Positions 1 through 9,560 of a DNA stretch of 64,000 bases are shown here, piece after piece. The notes under the pieces were generated by a model. That model searched no databases, had not been told where the DNA came from, and worked only from the letters and a program-made list of their open reading frames with translations. The translations under genes were made by a program, and so were the position numbers. The number at the start of each line of letters is the position of its first letter. The first letter of the stretch is position 1. Origin of the DNA: Elusimicrobiota bacterium (lineage in GTDB: Bacteria > Elusimicrobiota > Elusimicrobia > UBA1565 > UBA9628); NCBI GenBank assembly GCA_030696455.1, contig JAUYSH010000039.1, positions 379-64,378 of the forward strand, written 5' to 3'.

Positions 1-332
1 TCGCCTTGCCGCTCGGGGTGTTCGCCTTCACCCCTCTCAAGCGGCTTCCCCCCTGGCTTCAGTTCCTCGAGCCGCACCGCGAGAGGATGCGCGCCGAGGA
101 TTCCCTGATCACGGTCGACGACCTGGTCAAGTACAGCCACGGCGACCTGATCTTCAAGCTGGATAAATACCTCGGCGGCGGCATCACGGCAACGCCGTAT
201 TACGAGGACGTGGTCGGGCAGATCGTGGAGAACGCGCGCGTCGCCTGGCGCAAGCAGCGCCTGCTCCGTTATTCGTGCTTCGTCGTCGGACTCGGGCAGT
301 TCGGCCTGCTCGGCCAGCTGATCTGGCGTTAA
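1..332 (+). CDS. hypothetical protein, C-terminal fragment (5' end outside window)
   Basis: ORF open to the window edge, TAA at 330-332. Hydrophobic C-terminal tail FVVGLGQFGLLGQLIW. No family recognised. Confidence 0.4.
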   Translation, partial: ALPLGVFAFTPLKRLPPWLQFLEPHRERMRAEDSLITVDDLVKYSHGDLIFKLDKYLGGGITATPYYEDVVGQIVENARVAWRKQRLLRYSCFVVGLGQFGLLGQLIWR

Positions 333-349
333 ATAGTAATATCGGACCG

Positions 350-1300
350 ATGACCGACCCTCTGGCCGCGAAACGCGAGCGCTTTCTCGCCCTGGCCGCG
401 GACCTCCCGGCGCGCTGCCGCCTCGTCGAGGCGAGCGAAGGCAACGCCGTGCTGCGCAAGCTGCGCAAGCTGCGCCTCTTCGGCTCCCGCTATCTGCGCT
501 GGGCCGGCGCGAAAGCGGGCCTGCGGCCGGGCGTCGTCGAGCTCACCTTGTTCTGGGGCGGGCGCATGCGCCTCCCGTACAACGACGACGCGGACTTCGT
601 GACCTTCTACCTCGTGGGCGCGCCCGGCGGGCCCGAGTACAAGCTCGCGCGCTGGTTCATCCGGAACCTGAAGCCCGGCGACTCGTTCTACGACGCGGGC
701 GCCAGCTACGGGTTCTACACCATGCTCGCCGCCGAGTTCGTCGGCCCGCGGGGCGAGCTCCACGCGTTCGAGCCCATGCCCGAGATCCACGCCTGGCTCA
801 GGCGCAACGCGCCCCCCTCCATCTCCCGCGTCGAGGACGCGGCGCTGTGGGACCGCTCCGGCTCGGCGGTCCTGCACCGCAACCCGCTCAGCGACTCGTG
901 CAACACGCTCGAGGCCGAGGTCGCCGCGCTCGGCGCGACGGCCGGCTCGACGGAGGTCGAGGTGCGCTGCACGACGCTCGACGAGTACGCGCGCGAGCAC
1001 CGCCCGCCCACGGTGATCAAGATCGACGTCGAGGGCGGCGAGAAGCGCCTGATCGCCGGCGGCCTCGCGACCTTACGCGACGAGCGCCCGGCCGTGGCGA
1101 TGGAGGTCTGGTCCGGGACGAACGGCGAACGCTTCTCCTTGCCCGCCTGCCGCGCCCTGCTCGAGCTCGGCTACGCGGCGCACCGCCTTGAGGAGGACGG
1201 CACGGCGTCCCCCTTGAGTAAGGACGAGCTGCCCCGGTACATCGCGTCCTTGCCGGGCATCTGGGACAACCTCGTCTTCCTGCCCGAAACAACTCCTTAA
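350..1300 (+). CDS. FkbM-family SAM-dependent methyltransferase
   Basis: Motifs FYDAGASYGFYT (SAM-binding loop) and VIKIDVEGGE, typical of FkbM methyltransferases. ATG at 350 preferred to the upstream in-frame start at 275. Confidence 0.7.
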   Translation: MTDPLAAKRERFLALAADLPARCRLVEASEGNAVLRKLRKLRLFGSRYLRWAGAKAGLRPGVVELTLFWGGRMRLPYNDDADFVTFYLVGAPGGPEYKLARWFIRNLKPGDSFYDAGASYGFYTMLAAEFVGPRGELHAFEPMPEIHAWLRRNAPPSISRVEDAALWDRSGSAVLHRNPLSDSCNTLEAEVAALGATAGSTEVEVRCTTLDEYAREHRPPTVIKIDVEGGEKRLIAGGLATLRDERPAVAMEVWSGTNGERFSLPACRALLELGYAAHRLEEDGTASPLSKDELPRYIASLPGIWDNLVFLPETTP

Positions 1301-1329
1301 CGACGGGCGGCTACACTCCGGATGCCGCC

Positions 1330-2097
1330 ATGATAGACACCGAACGATCGCTTCAGAGCGTCGCGCGACTCCACGACGAAATCCTGCGGGAGCGCGCAGA
1401 GGGCCTGCACGAGGCCGCCCAAACGGCCAAGGCCCGCCTCGCCGAGCGCGAGAAGGCGCTCTCCCGCCTGCGCGCTCAGGTGGCCTCGCTGAAGGCCTCC
1501 CTCGCGCCCGCGCCCGCTCCCGCGCCCGTCCGGTCCGTCCCGACGCTTCCCGCCCCCACGGCGGTCCCCGCAAAGGAGGCCCCCGCGAACTCGGCGATTC
1601 CGAAGACCTCCATCCCGCGTACCGCGGGATGGTCTCATATCGCCCCTTACGCCGCGATCGCCGCCTGCGCCTTGCTGCTTGAGCTCGGCGGAGCGCGCCG
1701 CACGGAGACGGCTTCTCCGAACATCGCACTCTTGGCCCATCCCGCGCCCGCGCCGGTGACCGGCGGCCGGCCCGCGGCGAAGGGCGCGCCCGTCGTCGTC
1801 GACGACGACCGCTCGCAGGAGGCTCTGCTGCTCGTCCACGAGTGGAAGCTTCCCGGCGACGATAAGTCCCTGGGCGAGCGTCTCGGCGGGGAGCACGAGC
1901 TTCCCGGCGGGCGACCGTACTGGCGGGTCGAGCGCACCGCCGAGCACGGCTATCGCGTGACGTTCCAGCCGGCGCCGAAGGACCTGCCCTACGCCTTCGA
2001 GGCCGACATCGAGGCGCGCGTCGTCTGGCCCACCCCCGAGACGCAGGAACTGCTCGCTCCCCGCTTCACCGCCGCGTTCCGCGACGCGGTGCGCTGA
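1330..2097 (+). CDS. hypothetical membrane-anchored protein (coiled-coil N-terminus, Pro/Ala-rich linker, one TM)
   Basis: 255-aa ORF in a coding-like frame. TM segment HIAPYAAIAACALLLELGG. No family recognised. Confidence 0.45.
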   Translation: MIDTERSLQSVARLHDEILRERAEGLHEAAQTAKARLAEREKALSRLRAQVASLKASLAPAPAPAPVRSVPTLPAPTAVPAKEAPANSAIPKTSIPRTAGWSHIAPYAAIAACALLLELGGARRTETASPNIALLAHPAPAPVTGGRPAAKGAPVVVDDDRSQEALLLVHEWKLPGDDKSLGERLGGEHELPGGRPYWRVERTAEHGYRVTFQPAPKDLPYAFEADIEARVVWPTPETQELLAPRFTAAFRDAVR

Positions 2098-2132
2098 CCT
2101 TTCGGGCCTGGCGCCGCGCCGGCGGCTGAAGC

Positions 2133-2618
2133 TCAGGCCTCGAAGCGCTCGAACAGGCCGGTCAGCTCGGCCCGCCCCAGCACATGCCCTTCCATCGCGC
2201 GCGCGAGCTCGGACGTCGTCGCGCGCGGCGGCAGGCCCAGGATCTTGTCGAGGGCGATGAGCTGGAAGACATACCGGTGAGGTTTGCCCGGAGGAGGGCA
2301 CGGGCCGCCGTAGCCCACCCGGCTGAAGCTGTCCACGCCCCAGCTCGCCCCGTGCTTCGCCGCGCCCAGGACGCGCTCGGTCTTGGGCAGGTTCGCCGGC
2401 AGGCCGGTGCGGTCCGCGGGGATGTCGTAGAGCACCCAGTGCACCCACAGCCCGACGGGCGCGTCCGGGTCGTCCATGACGAGCGCGAAGCTTTTCGTCC
2501 CGGCCGGAGCGCCGGACCAGCTCAGCTCAGGCGAGGGGTCCTTTCCCTCGCAGGTATGAAGCTCTGGGATCGTCTCCCCCTCCTGGAACGCCGGGCTCGT
2601 CAGTTTGAACATGGCCAT
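2133..2618 (-). CDS. YbhB/YbcL (PEBP, Raf-kinase-inhibitor-like) family protein
   Basis: PEBP signature FALVMDDPDAP..WVHWVLYDIP..GYGGPCPPPG.PHRYVF. Confidence 0.8.
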   Translation of the reverse strand: MAMFKLTSPAFQEGETIPELHTCEGKDPSPELSWSGAPAGTKSFALVMDDPDAPVGLWVHWVLYDIPADRTGLPANLPKTERVLGAAKHGASWGVDSFSRVGYGGPCPPPGKPHRYVFQLIALDKILGLPPRATTSELARAMEGHVLGRAELTGLFERFEA

Positions 2619-2644
2619 GCCGCCGCAACGATACGGCCCGCGGG

Positions 2645-2965
2645 CTAGCGGCGGGCGGCGACGAAGCCGACGGCCTTGAGCACTTCTTGGACGCAGGCGA
2701 ACCCCTGGCCGGGATCCTCGAGCTTGGCGACCTTGACCACGGCGGCGAGCACCGCGTCGGAACGGGACGGCTCGACGACGATGAAGATCACGCGCTTGGA
2801 CGGCTCGATGTTCGCCGCCATAGGTCCCAGGCGCTGACGGATGCCCGTGCCCTCCGCGCCGAAGTAGGTCGCACCCGTGGCGCCCGCGGCGATGGCCGCC
2901 GCGATCGCCTCCTCGCCGACCTTGCCCTGCACGACGGCGGTGATGAGGTGGAGTTTGTTGGTCAT
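2645..2965 (-). CDS. P-II (GlnB-like) family small signalling protein, divergent
   Basis: About 106 aa starting MTNKLHLITAVV. A beta-alpha-beta pattern and length like P-II family proteins. Start chosen at the MTNK ATG. Tentative. Confidence 0.45.
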   Translation of the reverse strand: MTNKLHLITAVVQGKVGEEAIAAAIAAGATGATYFGAEGTGIRQRLGPMAANIEPSKRVIFIVVEPSRSDAVLAAVVKVAKLEDPGQGFACVQEVLKAVGFVAARR

Positions 2966-3173
2966 GGGCCCAGTGTATCCCCGGTCCCCGCGCCTGTCAA
3001 CGCCCGCCGCCCTCCATGTCGTCGACGAGATCATCCCCTATGCCGCCAGCGCTGACGGTAAAGGGGATGGCGCCGGCAGGTCTGGGCTTGGCTTCGAGGG
3101 TCATCGGACTGCAACCACTCGAAGGCGCAACTGTTTAAGGAAACAGCTCGATCAGCTCTCGCCGGCGCGAGCG

Positions 3174-4355
3174 CTATTTGATCAGCGCGAGGCTCGACGT
3201 GTAGCCGTGCACGAAGTTGCGGCCGCCGACGGGGCCGAACTCGCCGTTGGCGAAGAAGCCGGCCAGCGGCAGCGGCCCGCGCAGGGTCTGCACCAAGGTC
3301 GCGTCGTGATCGGACTCGCCGTAGAGGCCCTTGCCCCGGCCGCAGCAGGAGAAAAGCAGGGCCCCGCGGGGCGCGGCGTCGTTCTCGGGCAGAAGGCCCA
3401 AGAGCGTCGAGAAGTCCAGGTCGGAGGTGCTCGCGTCGCGCAGCTGGAACTGCAGGGTCTGGCCGCGGCGGAGGTTGGCGCCGAGCACGAGGGAGCCCGA
3501 CTTGTCGTCGTAGCCGAGCAGGTTGCGGATGACGAAGTCGCCGCGGCGGAACTCGGAACGGCCCTCGTTCATGACGAGGCCGGCGAACAGCGAGCTGCGC
3601 GCCAGGCGCTGATCTTCGGGCGTGCACTTCGACAACGTCTCGCGCAGGACCTCGAGCGGGTTGCGTCCGCCGAGCTCGTGCAGGACGTTGCCCTCCGCCT
3701 TGGTCACGATCAGCGGGTCGCCGATCGGACGGCAGCCCTGCGCGACCACGGTCTGAATGTCGACGGGGCCGACCAGGGCCACGCCCGCGAAGCCCTGCTC
3801 GACGACCGACGAGCCGAGCAGCATCCACGACGGCTTATGCAGCAGCAGGCCGCTGGCCATGCCGCCGACGAGCGGCGCGCCGGGGTAGCCCTCGTTGAAC
3901 AGCGCGGCCATGCGCTCGGCGTCGGCGCTGGCCGGGTCGCCGAGGACCATGAATTTCGGGAGCTCGTTGGGGTAGATGTCGAGCTCTTTGACGAGCGCCG
4001 CGCCGTTCTCGAAGCCGGCAAGCTCCGCCGGGGCGAAGGCGAAGGGATGCACGCGCACGCCCGGCAGGCGCATGGCGAGAATTGATATGCCGGGTGTCCG
4101 CTCGACCTCCTTGCGGCCCGCGATGACCCCGCTGGCGTTGCAGCCGAGCACGCGCAGGGGGGCCAGGCCCTTGGCGAGCAAGGTCGAGAACTCGGCGGGA
4201 TCGAAGCCCTCGAACGCCTCGGAGACGAAGACGAGCGCCAGGTCGCAGGGGCCGGGCCCGAGGCGCGTGCGCGCCGCCCTCGAGGCGGCGGCGGCCGCTT
4301 TGCGCCAATCCTTGTCATCGGAGAAGCCCTCCGCGAAGCGCTTGGGCTCGGTCAC
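3174..4355 (-). CDS. FIST-domain signal-transduction protein
   Basis: FIST_N/FIST_C-like layout. C-terminal LLFSCCGRGKGLYG..GFFANGEFGP motif. GTG start 4355 overlaps the upstream stop (GTGA). Confidence 0.7.
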   Translation of the reverse strand: MTEPKRFAEGFSDDKDWRKAAAAASRAARTRLGPGPCDLALVFVSEAFEGFDPAEFSTLLAKGLAPLRVLGCNASGVIAGRKEVERTPGISILAMRLPGVRVHPFAFAPAELAGFENGAALVKELDIYPNELPKFMVLGDPASADAERMAALFNEGYPGAPLVGGMASGLLLHKPSWMLLGSSVVEQGFAGVALVGPVDIQTVVAQGCRPIGDPLIVTKAEGNVLHELGGRNPLEVLRETLSKCTPEDQRLARSSLFAGLVMNEGRSEFRRGDFVIRNLLGYDDKSGSLVLGANLRRGQTLQFQLRDASTSDLDFSTLLGLLPENDAAPRGALLFSCCGRGKGLYGESDHDATLVQTLRGPLPLAGFFANGEFGPVGGRNFVHGYTSSLALIK

Positions 4356-5911
4356 CGGCTCTCCCCCTTCACCGCGTCGGCCACGGCGGCGACGTCCGCG
4401 GGCACGGACGCGTCGGCGAGGCGGCGCAGGTCGGGCCCGCAACCGAACAGGCGCGGATAGGAGTCGGCCTGGAGGCGGTGCGCGAGGATGTAGTCCTGGT
4501 CGTCGGGGTCGACGAAGGAGATCACCTTACGCGGCAGGTAGAGGCGGTGCACGGCCGCGAGCAGGGCGTCGGCCTTGCCCTCGCCCGGGCGGCCGACGAG
4601 CTCGAAATCCTGGCGACCGCGGGCGTGCAGGTCGGCGACGCGCGCCAGCCCGGCGAGGGCGCGAGGCTCGTTGAGCGCCCCGCCCCACGCGCCCCGCAGG
4701 CCCCACTCGAGCCAGCGCCGGTAGTTGTGGTTGCCCTTGAGGTGGTGAAGGCGCCGGCAGACCTCGAGGGCGACGGCGTTGAGCGCGGGGTCCACGCGGG
4801 GCTCGCGCAGGATGGCCGGGTCGCCGGCGCGCGTGACGCGGTCGAGGAAGCCTCCCCCCTCGCGCTCCCACAGCTCCTGGAAGAGGAAGCGCAGCATCGC
4901 GTCGGCGAACTCCCGGTGCGCCTTCATGCCGGTGGCGAGGAAGCCGTCGGTGAACGCGAGCGCCGTCGCGGCGGCGTCGCCGAGGAGGCCGACGACGGAC
5001 TCACCGTCGCCGCCGGCCGCGTGCTGGAGGCCGAGGACCGGATCGTAGAGGCGGGTCTGCAGGAAGCTCAGGGCCTTCAGCGCGGCGTCGCCCGCGCCGG
5101 GATGGCCGAAGGCGTGCGCGCGCAGCAGCGCGGAGGCCGCCAAGGCGTTGCCGTCGGCGGGATAGACGGCGGCCTCGGGCTTGCCCGCGCGGCGGAAGGC
5201 GCCGGCGGCCGGGTCCCACAGCCCTCGGAGCAGACGGTCGCTGGCCGCGGCCGCGGCCTCGCGCCATCGAGCCTCGCCGGTCAGCGCGTGGGCGTCCCAG
5301 AATAGGGCGGCCCAGCGCGCGTGCAGGACGAGAGGGGAGCCGGCGCCGGACAGGAAGCGGCGGCCCGCCGCGTCCCAGCCCGCCCATCTAGCCTCGAGCG
5401 TCTTCGTCAGCAGCGCGAGCGCCGCGGCGTCGCCGCGCTCGCCCGCGGCGTGCAGCAGAGCCTCGACGAGCGCCTCGTCGGCCTCGGCCGGAAGAGCGGT
5501 GAGCGCGGCGAAGACGGCGTCGATCTTGGCACCGTCGGGAGCCGCCGAGAGCTCGGTGTCGCGCACGGCGCCGGTCCACGCCGGAGGGGCCGGCGCATCG
5601 GGGCGCAGCGGCGTGACCGCCTCGAGCGCCAGGCGGGCCAGCGATTCGCCCAGGCCCAGCGAGGGCAAGGGCAGGACCGCTCGGCGCGCCCCATCGGGAT
5701 CGAGGACCACGGCGTGGCCGCGGCCGATGCGCGAGGCCGCGTCGGGACGCGTCTCGGGGTCGGCCAGCACGGCCACGAAGCGCCGCGCGATCTCCCCTTC
5801 CGAGGACTTCAGCTGCTCCGGCGGCAGCGGTCCGATCGCCGCGAGGATGGGCAGCCCCTGCGCCTTAGCGCGGGCGAACGCCTCCGCCGACCAGGACACC
5901 CAGGAGCTCAC
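4352..5911 (-). CDS. DUF255/YyaL-like protein (degenerate thioredoxin-like N-domain plus alpha/alpha-toroid domain)
   Basis: N-terminus WVSWSAEAFARAKAQGLPIL..RFVAVLADPETRPD aligns with the DUF255 pattern W..W..EAF..A...KPI...FV.IKVDREERPD, but the CxxC is absent. Long Ala/Leu-rich helical repeat region follows. Confidence 0.55.
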   Translation of the reverse strand: MSSWVSWSAEAFARAKAQGLPILAAIGPLPPEQLKSSEGEIARRFVAVLADPETRPDAASRIGRGHAVVLDPDGARRAVLPLPSLGLGESLARLALEAVTPLRPDAPAPPAWTGAVRDTELSAAPDGAKIDAVFAALTALPAEADEALVEALLHAAGERGDAAALALLTKTLEARWAGWDAAGRRFLSGAGSPLVLHARWAALFWDAHALTGEARWREAAAAASDRLLRGLWDPAAGAFRRAGKPEAAVYPADGNALAASALLRAHAFGHPGAGDAALKALSFLQTRLYDPVLGLQHAAGGDGESVVGLLGDAAATALAFTDGFLATGMKAHREFADAMLRFLFQELWEREGGGFLDRVTRAGDPAILREPRVDPALNAVALEVCRRLHHLKGNHNYRRWLEWGLRGAWGGALNEPRALAGLARVADLHARGRQDFELVGRPGEGKADALLAAVHRLYLPRKVISFVDPDDQDYILAHRLQADSYPRLFGCGPDLRRLADASVPADVAAVADAVKGESR

Positions 5912-6966
5912 GCCGCCGCCTTATCATCGGCGAGCTCGAACATGCGCTCGATCGGCCGCAGCGCGCGCGCCGCGACCGCCGCCGGCACCTCGACGCGCTG
6001 TGACGCCGACGGGCTTTCGAGAGCGGAGAGCACCCGCTCCAAGGTCACGGCCTTCATGTGCGGGCACAGCCGGCACATCGGCACGAACGCCTTGTCGGGG
6101 AACTTCGTGCGCGCCAGGTCGCCCAGGCCGCACTCGGTGATCAGCATGTAGGAGGAGGCCTTGTGATCGGCCACCCACTTCATCATGTCGCCGGTGCCGC
6201 CGATATAGTCGACGACCGAGGTGAGCGCGGGGGTGCACTCGAAGTGCGCGAGGATCTTCACGCCGGGATACATCTTGCGGTAGAACTCGACCGAGGCGGC
6301 GTCGAAGTTGTCGTGAACGATGCAGCTGCCTTCCCAAATGATCAGGTCCTTGCCGATCGTCTTGCCGAGCTCCTTGGCGAGGTTCTTGCCCATCATCGCG
6401 TCGGGCGCGAAGATGGCCTTCTCGTGCTTCTCGTACAGCTTGCGCAAGATCTTCGGCGCGTTCGCGGAGGTCACGACCACGTCGCACTCGGCCTTCACCG
6501 CGGCGGTGGTGTTGATGTACACGACCACCGGCGCCCCCGGGTGTTTTTTCTTCAATCCCCGGACGTCGGCCGCCGTTATGGATTCGGACAGAGAGCACCC
6601 CGCCTCCGGCGCCGGCAAGAGGACCTCCTTATCCGGACTCAAGATCTTCGCCGTCTCGGCCATGAAACGAACGCCGCAGAAGACGATGGTTTTCGCGTCC
6701 GAGGCCGCGCCGAGCTTGGCGAGCTTGTAGGAATCCCCGACGAAATCCGCCACGCCGAGAAGAATCTCCGGTCTTTGATAGACGTGGGCCGGTATGACCG
6801 CGTTTTTTTCCTTCTTCAGCCGGTTGATGCGCCAGGTCAGCCGAGCGGCGCGCTCGAGCTCCTCGTCGCGGTAGCCGAGCCCGGCCAGGCCCTTGTCGGC
6901 TAGGCGGGCGGCCTCGTGCTCGAGCTCGGACGCGGACGGCTCGGCGGCGGCCCGTATCAGCGCCAC
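5908..6966 (-). CDS. nadA: quinolinate synthase
   Basis: NadA motifs VIPAHVYQRPEI, FVGDSYKLAK, FCGVRFMAETAKIL, CIVHDNF, ILAHFEC, CPHMK. Confidence 0.9.
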   Translation of the reverse strand: MALIRAAAEPSASELEHEAARLADKGLAGLGYRDEELERAARLTWRINRLKKEKNAVIPAHVYQRPEILLGVADFVGDSYKLAKLGAASDAKTIVFCGVRFMAETAKILSPDKEVLLPAPEAGCSLSESITAADVRGLKKKHPGAPVVVYINTTAAVKAECDVVVTSANAPKILRKLYEKHEKAIFAPDAMMGKNLAKELGKTIGKDLIIWEGSCIVHDNFDAASVEFYRKMYPGVKILAHFECTPALTSVVDYIGGTGDMMKWVADHKASSYMLITECGLGDLARTKFPDKAFVPMCRLCPHMKAVTLERVLSALESPSASQRVEVPAAVAARALRPIERMFELADDKAAA

Positions 6967-7670
6967 AGGTTCAGCTCCGGGTAGTTGCAGAAGATGCCGT
7001 CCACGCCGAGCTTGTCGAGGCGGTCGCGCTCGGCCGGCGTGTTGACGGTGTAGACGAGGAGCCTGCGGCCGCGGTCGTGGACCGCCTTGACCGTGCGCGC
7101 CAGCGTCTGTCGGACGCTGAGGTTGAGGCTCTCGGCGTCGATCTCCTTCATCTCCCGCAGCGCGGTCTGCAAGGTCGTCAGGCCCAGCAGGTAGCCGATG
7201 CGCACCTTCTCGTCGAGAGAGCGCACCGAGTACAGCGCCGCGTGGTCGAAGCTCGAGACGACGGTGCGGGCCGAGGCGCCGCGCTTGTGGATGAGGTCGA
7301 CGACGCGCTCCTCGATGCCGGGGTAAATGGAGGAGCCGCGCTTGATCTCGACGTGCAGCTCGACGCTCGGGGGAAGGATGTCGTAGACGTCCTCGAGCCG
7401 GGGCAGCCTCTCGCCGGTGAATTCCTTCCCGAACCAGGAGCCGACATCGAGCCCCGAGATGTCTTCCCAGTGCGCGTTCTTGAGGCGGCGCCGGTCCCGG
7501 CCGCAGCGCTTGAGGTCGTCGTCGTGGGCGACGACGAGCTCGTGGTCGAGGGTCTGGTGCACGTCGAGCTCGATGGCGGGCGCGCCCATCGCGAGGGCGC
7601 GCAGGAAGGCGGCCATCGTGTTCTCCGGAGCGTGTCCGCTGGCTCCGCGGTGGGCGATGACGAGCATCAA
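6957..7670 (-). CDS. glycerophosphodiester phosphodiesterase (GDPD family)
   Basis: VIAHRGASGHAPENT..ELDVHQTLDHELVVAHD, the GDPD catalytic motifs. Confidence 0.85.
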   Translation of the reverse strand: MMLVIAHRGASGHAPENTMAAFLRALAMGAPAIELDVHQTLDHELVVAHDDDLKRCGRDRRRLKNAHWEDISGLDVGSWFGKEFTGERLPRLEDVYDILPPSVELHVEIKRGSSIYPGIEERVVDLIHKRGASARTVVSSFDHAALYSVRSLDEKVRIGYLLGLTTLQTALREMKEIDAESLNLSVRQTLARTVKAVHDRGRRLLVYTVNTPAERDRLDKLGVDGIFCNYPELNLWR

Positions 7671-8488
7671 TCTATCCGTTCCATGACGGCGCCATAGGCG
7701 GCGTCATCATACTCGATTCCGAGCCTTTCTTCCCGCCCGGTGTTCGGGCCGTGGAAGTCCGAGCCGCCGACGGCGAGGAGGCCCTTGGTCCGGGCCCAGT
7801 CGCCGTACGTCCGGATCTGCGAGGGCGTGTGCCCCGAGTAGAGCACCTCGATGCCCTGGAGGCCGTCTCGGAACAGCGCGTCGAGCTCCCCCTCCTTGCC
7901 CGCGGTCTGCGGATGCGCCAGGCAGGCCGTGCCGCCGGCGTCGCGGATCAGCGCGATGGCCTCCGCCGGGCTCGGGCCCATCGACTCCACGTAGCCGGGC
8001 TTGCCCTTGATGAGGAAGCGCTCGAACGCCTCCTTGCGGCTCTTCACGACGCCGAGGCGCCGCAGGGCGTCGGCGACATGGGGGCGGCCCAGGGTCTCGT
8101 GCGCGCCGGCCCGCACGTCCGCGAAGTCGATCGCGATGCCGAGCGCGCGCAGGTTGTCGACGATGCGCTGGGAGCGCACGGCGCGGCGCTCGCGGAACTC
8201 GGAGAGGCGATCGGCGAAGCCGGGAGAGGCGGTATCGATGCCGTAGCCGAGCATGTGGACCCGGTCGGCGGCCCCCTCCCCCGCGCAGTTGATCTCGATG
8301 CCGAGCCGGACGTCGAGCCCCGCCTCTCTCGCCGCGGCGAACAGCTCCGGCCCGCCCGAGACGCTGTCGTGGTCGGTCAGGGTCAGGAGCTCGACGCCGT
8401 TCTTGACCGCGCGCGCCACGAGCTCCGCCGGGGTCAAAGTCCCGTCGGAGAAGACCGAATGGCAGTGCAGCTCGACGCGTTTCGGCAC
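7667..8488 (-). CDS. PHP-domain phosphoesterase (TrpH/YciV-like)
   Basis: VELHCHSVFSDG...LTLTDHDSVSGG, the PHP metal-binding motifs. About 273 aa. Confidence 0.8.
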   Translation of the reverse strand: MPKRVELHCHSVFSDGTLTPAELVARAVKNGVELLTLTDHDSVSGGPELFAAAREAGLDVRLGIEINCAGEGAADRVHMLGYGIDTASPGFADRLSEFRERRAVRSQRIVDNLRALGIAIDFADVRAGAHETLGRPHVADALRRLGVVKSRKEAFERFLIKGKPGYVESMGPSPAEAIALIRDAGGTACLAHPQTAGKEGELDALFRDGLQGIEVLYSGHTPSQIRTYGDWARTKGLLAVGGSDFHGPNTGREERLGIEYDDAAYGAVMERID

Positions 8489-8503
8489 GTGTGGGCCCGG
8501 CGC

Positions 8504-8734
8504 TTAAACCGCGACGACTTCCTTGATCTCGGGTATTTCCTGGCGCACCATGCGCTCGACGCCGCCTTTCAGCGTCGCCGTCGAGCTCGGGCAGGTGCCG
8601 CAGGCCCCGGACAGGCTCACCTTCACGATGCCCGCCGCCTCGTCGACCGAGACCAAGGTGATGTCGCCGCCGTCGGACTGGATATAGGGCCGGATCTTCT
8701 CCAGCACCTTCTCGACGCGTTCGTAGATCGTCAT
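8504..8734 (-). CDS. NifU-like (Nfu C-terminal domain) Fe-S cluster carrier
   Basis: 76 aa with IRPYIQSDGGDI..V......V.L.GACGTCPSS, the Nfu CxxC motif. Confidence 0.85.
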   Translation of the reverse strand: MTIYERVEKVLEKIRPYIQSDGGDITLVSVDEAAGIVKVSLSGACGTCPSSTATLKGGVERMVRQEIPEIKEVVAV

Positions 8735-8746
8735 AAATGTTTCCTC

Positions 8747-9214
8747 CTATTTTCCCGGCGCCAGCTTCTCGAGCCAGGCCGGAACGGCGCCGCAGGAGCC
8801 CGCTTTCTGCTCGAGGATCGCGGCCAGCGTCACGCTCTCGAAATAGCGCGTCACGATCTCGCCCAGCTTCGTCCACACGGGCGAGATCGCGCATTGGCCC
8901 TGGTGGCGGCAGTCCTTCGAGCCCGCGTCGTAGCGCTCGCAGACTTCCTCGAAAACGGAGCCGTCCACGGCGCGCACCACCTGCTCGATGGTGACCTCGC
9001 GCGGCGGACGCGACAGCGAGTACCCGCCGGCGCTGCCGCGGTGGCTCGTCACCAGGCCGGCGCGGCGCAGCTTGACGAGGATCTGGCTGACGAAATCGGC
9101 CGGGACGTTGTCGATCTCGGCCAGCCGCTCGGCGGGAAGCGGGGCCTTTCCGTGCTCGGCGGCCAAGGTGACCATCAGCCGCGTCGCGTACTCGATGGAG
9201 CTCGTGATTCTCAT
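8747..9214 (-). CDS. Rrf2-family transcriptional regulator (IscR/SufR-like)
   Basis: N-terminal wHTH MRITSSIEYATRLM...GGYSLSRPP. Cys-containing C-terminal half. Embedded in the suf cluster. Confidence 0.8.
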   Translation of the reverse strand: MRITSSIEYATRLMVTLAAEHGKAPLPAERLAEIDNVPADFVSQILVKLRRAGLVTSHRGSAGGYSLSRPPREVTIEQVVRAVDGSVFEEVCERYDAGSKDCRHQGQCAISPVWTKLGEIVTRYFESVTLAAILEQKAGSCGAVPAWLEKLAPGK

Positions 9215-9221
9215 GGTCTGC

Positions 9222-9560
9222 CTAGTAGAGGCCCAGCTGCTCCTTGGCGTCCTCGGTGGCCATCGTGCGCGGATCCCACCCGGGATTGAAGGTCAGGTCC
9301 ACGTCGACGTCCTTGATGCCCGGGAGCTTCGTCAAAGCGGTGTGAACGGAGGCGAGGAGCATCGGGCCGTAGGGGCAGGCGGGCGAGGTCAGGCTCATGC
9401 GCACCTTGACCGAGCGGCCCTTGGGCGACTCGCCGAACTCGGCGCCGTAGACGAGGCCGAGGTCCACGATGCTGAGATGTATCTCGGGATCGACGACGGG
9501 CCGCAGCGCCTCGCCGACCTGCTTGAAGGTGGCGGCTTCGACGGCGGCTTTCGCGTTCAT
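9222..9560 (-). CDS. sufT: SufT/DUF59 (MIP18-family) Fe-S assembly protein
   Basis: 112 aa with VVDPEIHLSIVDLGLVY....V.MSLTSPACP. ATG at 9560 overlaps the sufU stop. Confidence 0.8.
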   Translation of the reverse strand: MNAKAAVEAATFKQVGEALRPVVDPEIHLSIVDLGLVYGAEFGESPKGRSVKVRMSLTSPACPYGPMLLASVHTALTKLPGIKDVDVDLTFNPGWDPRTMATEDAKEQLGLY

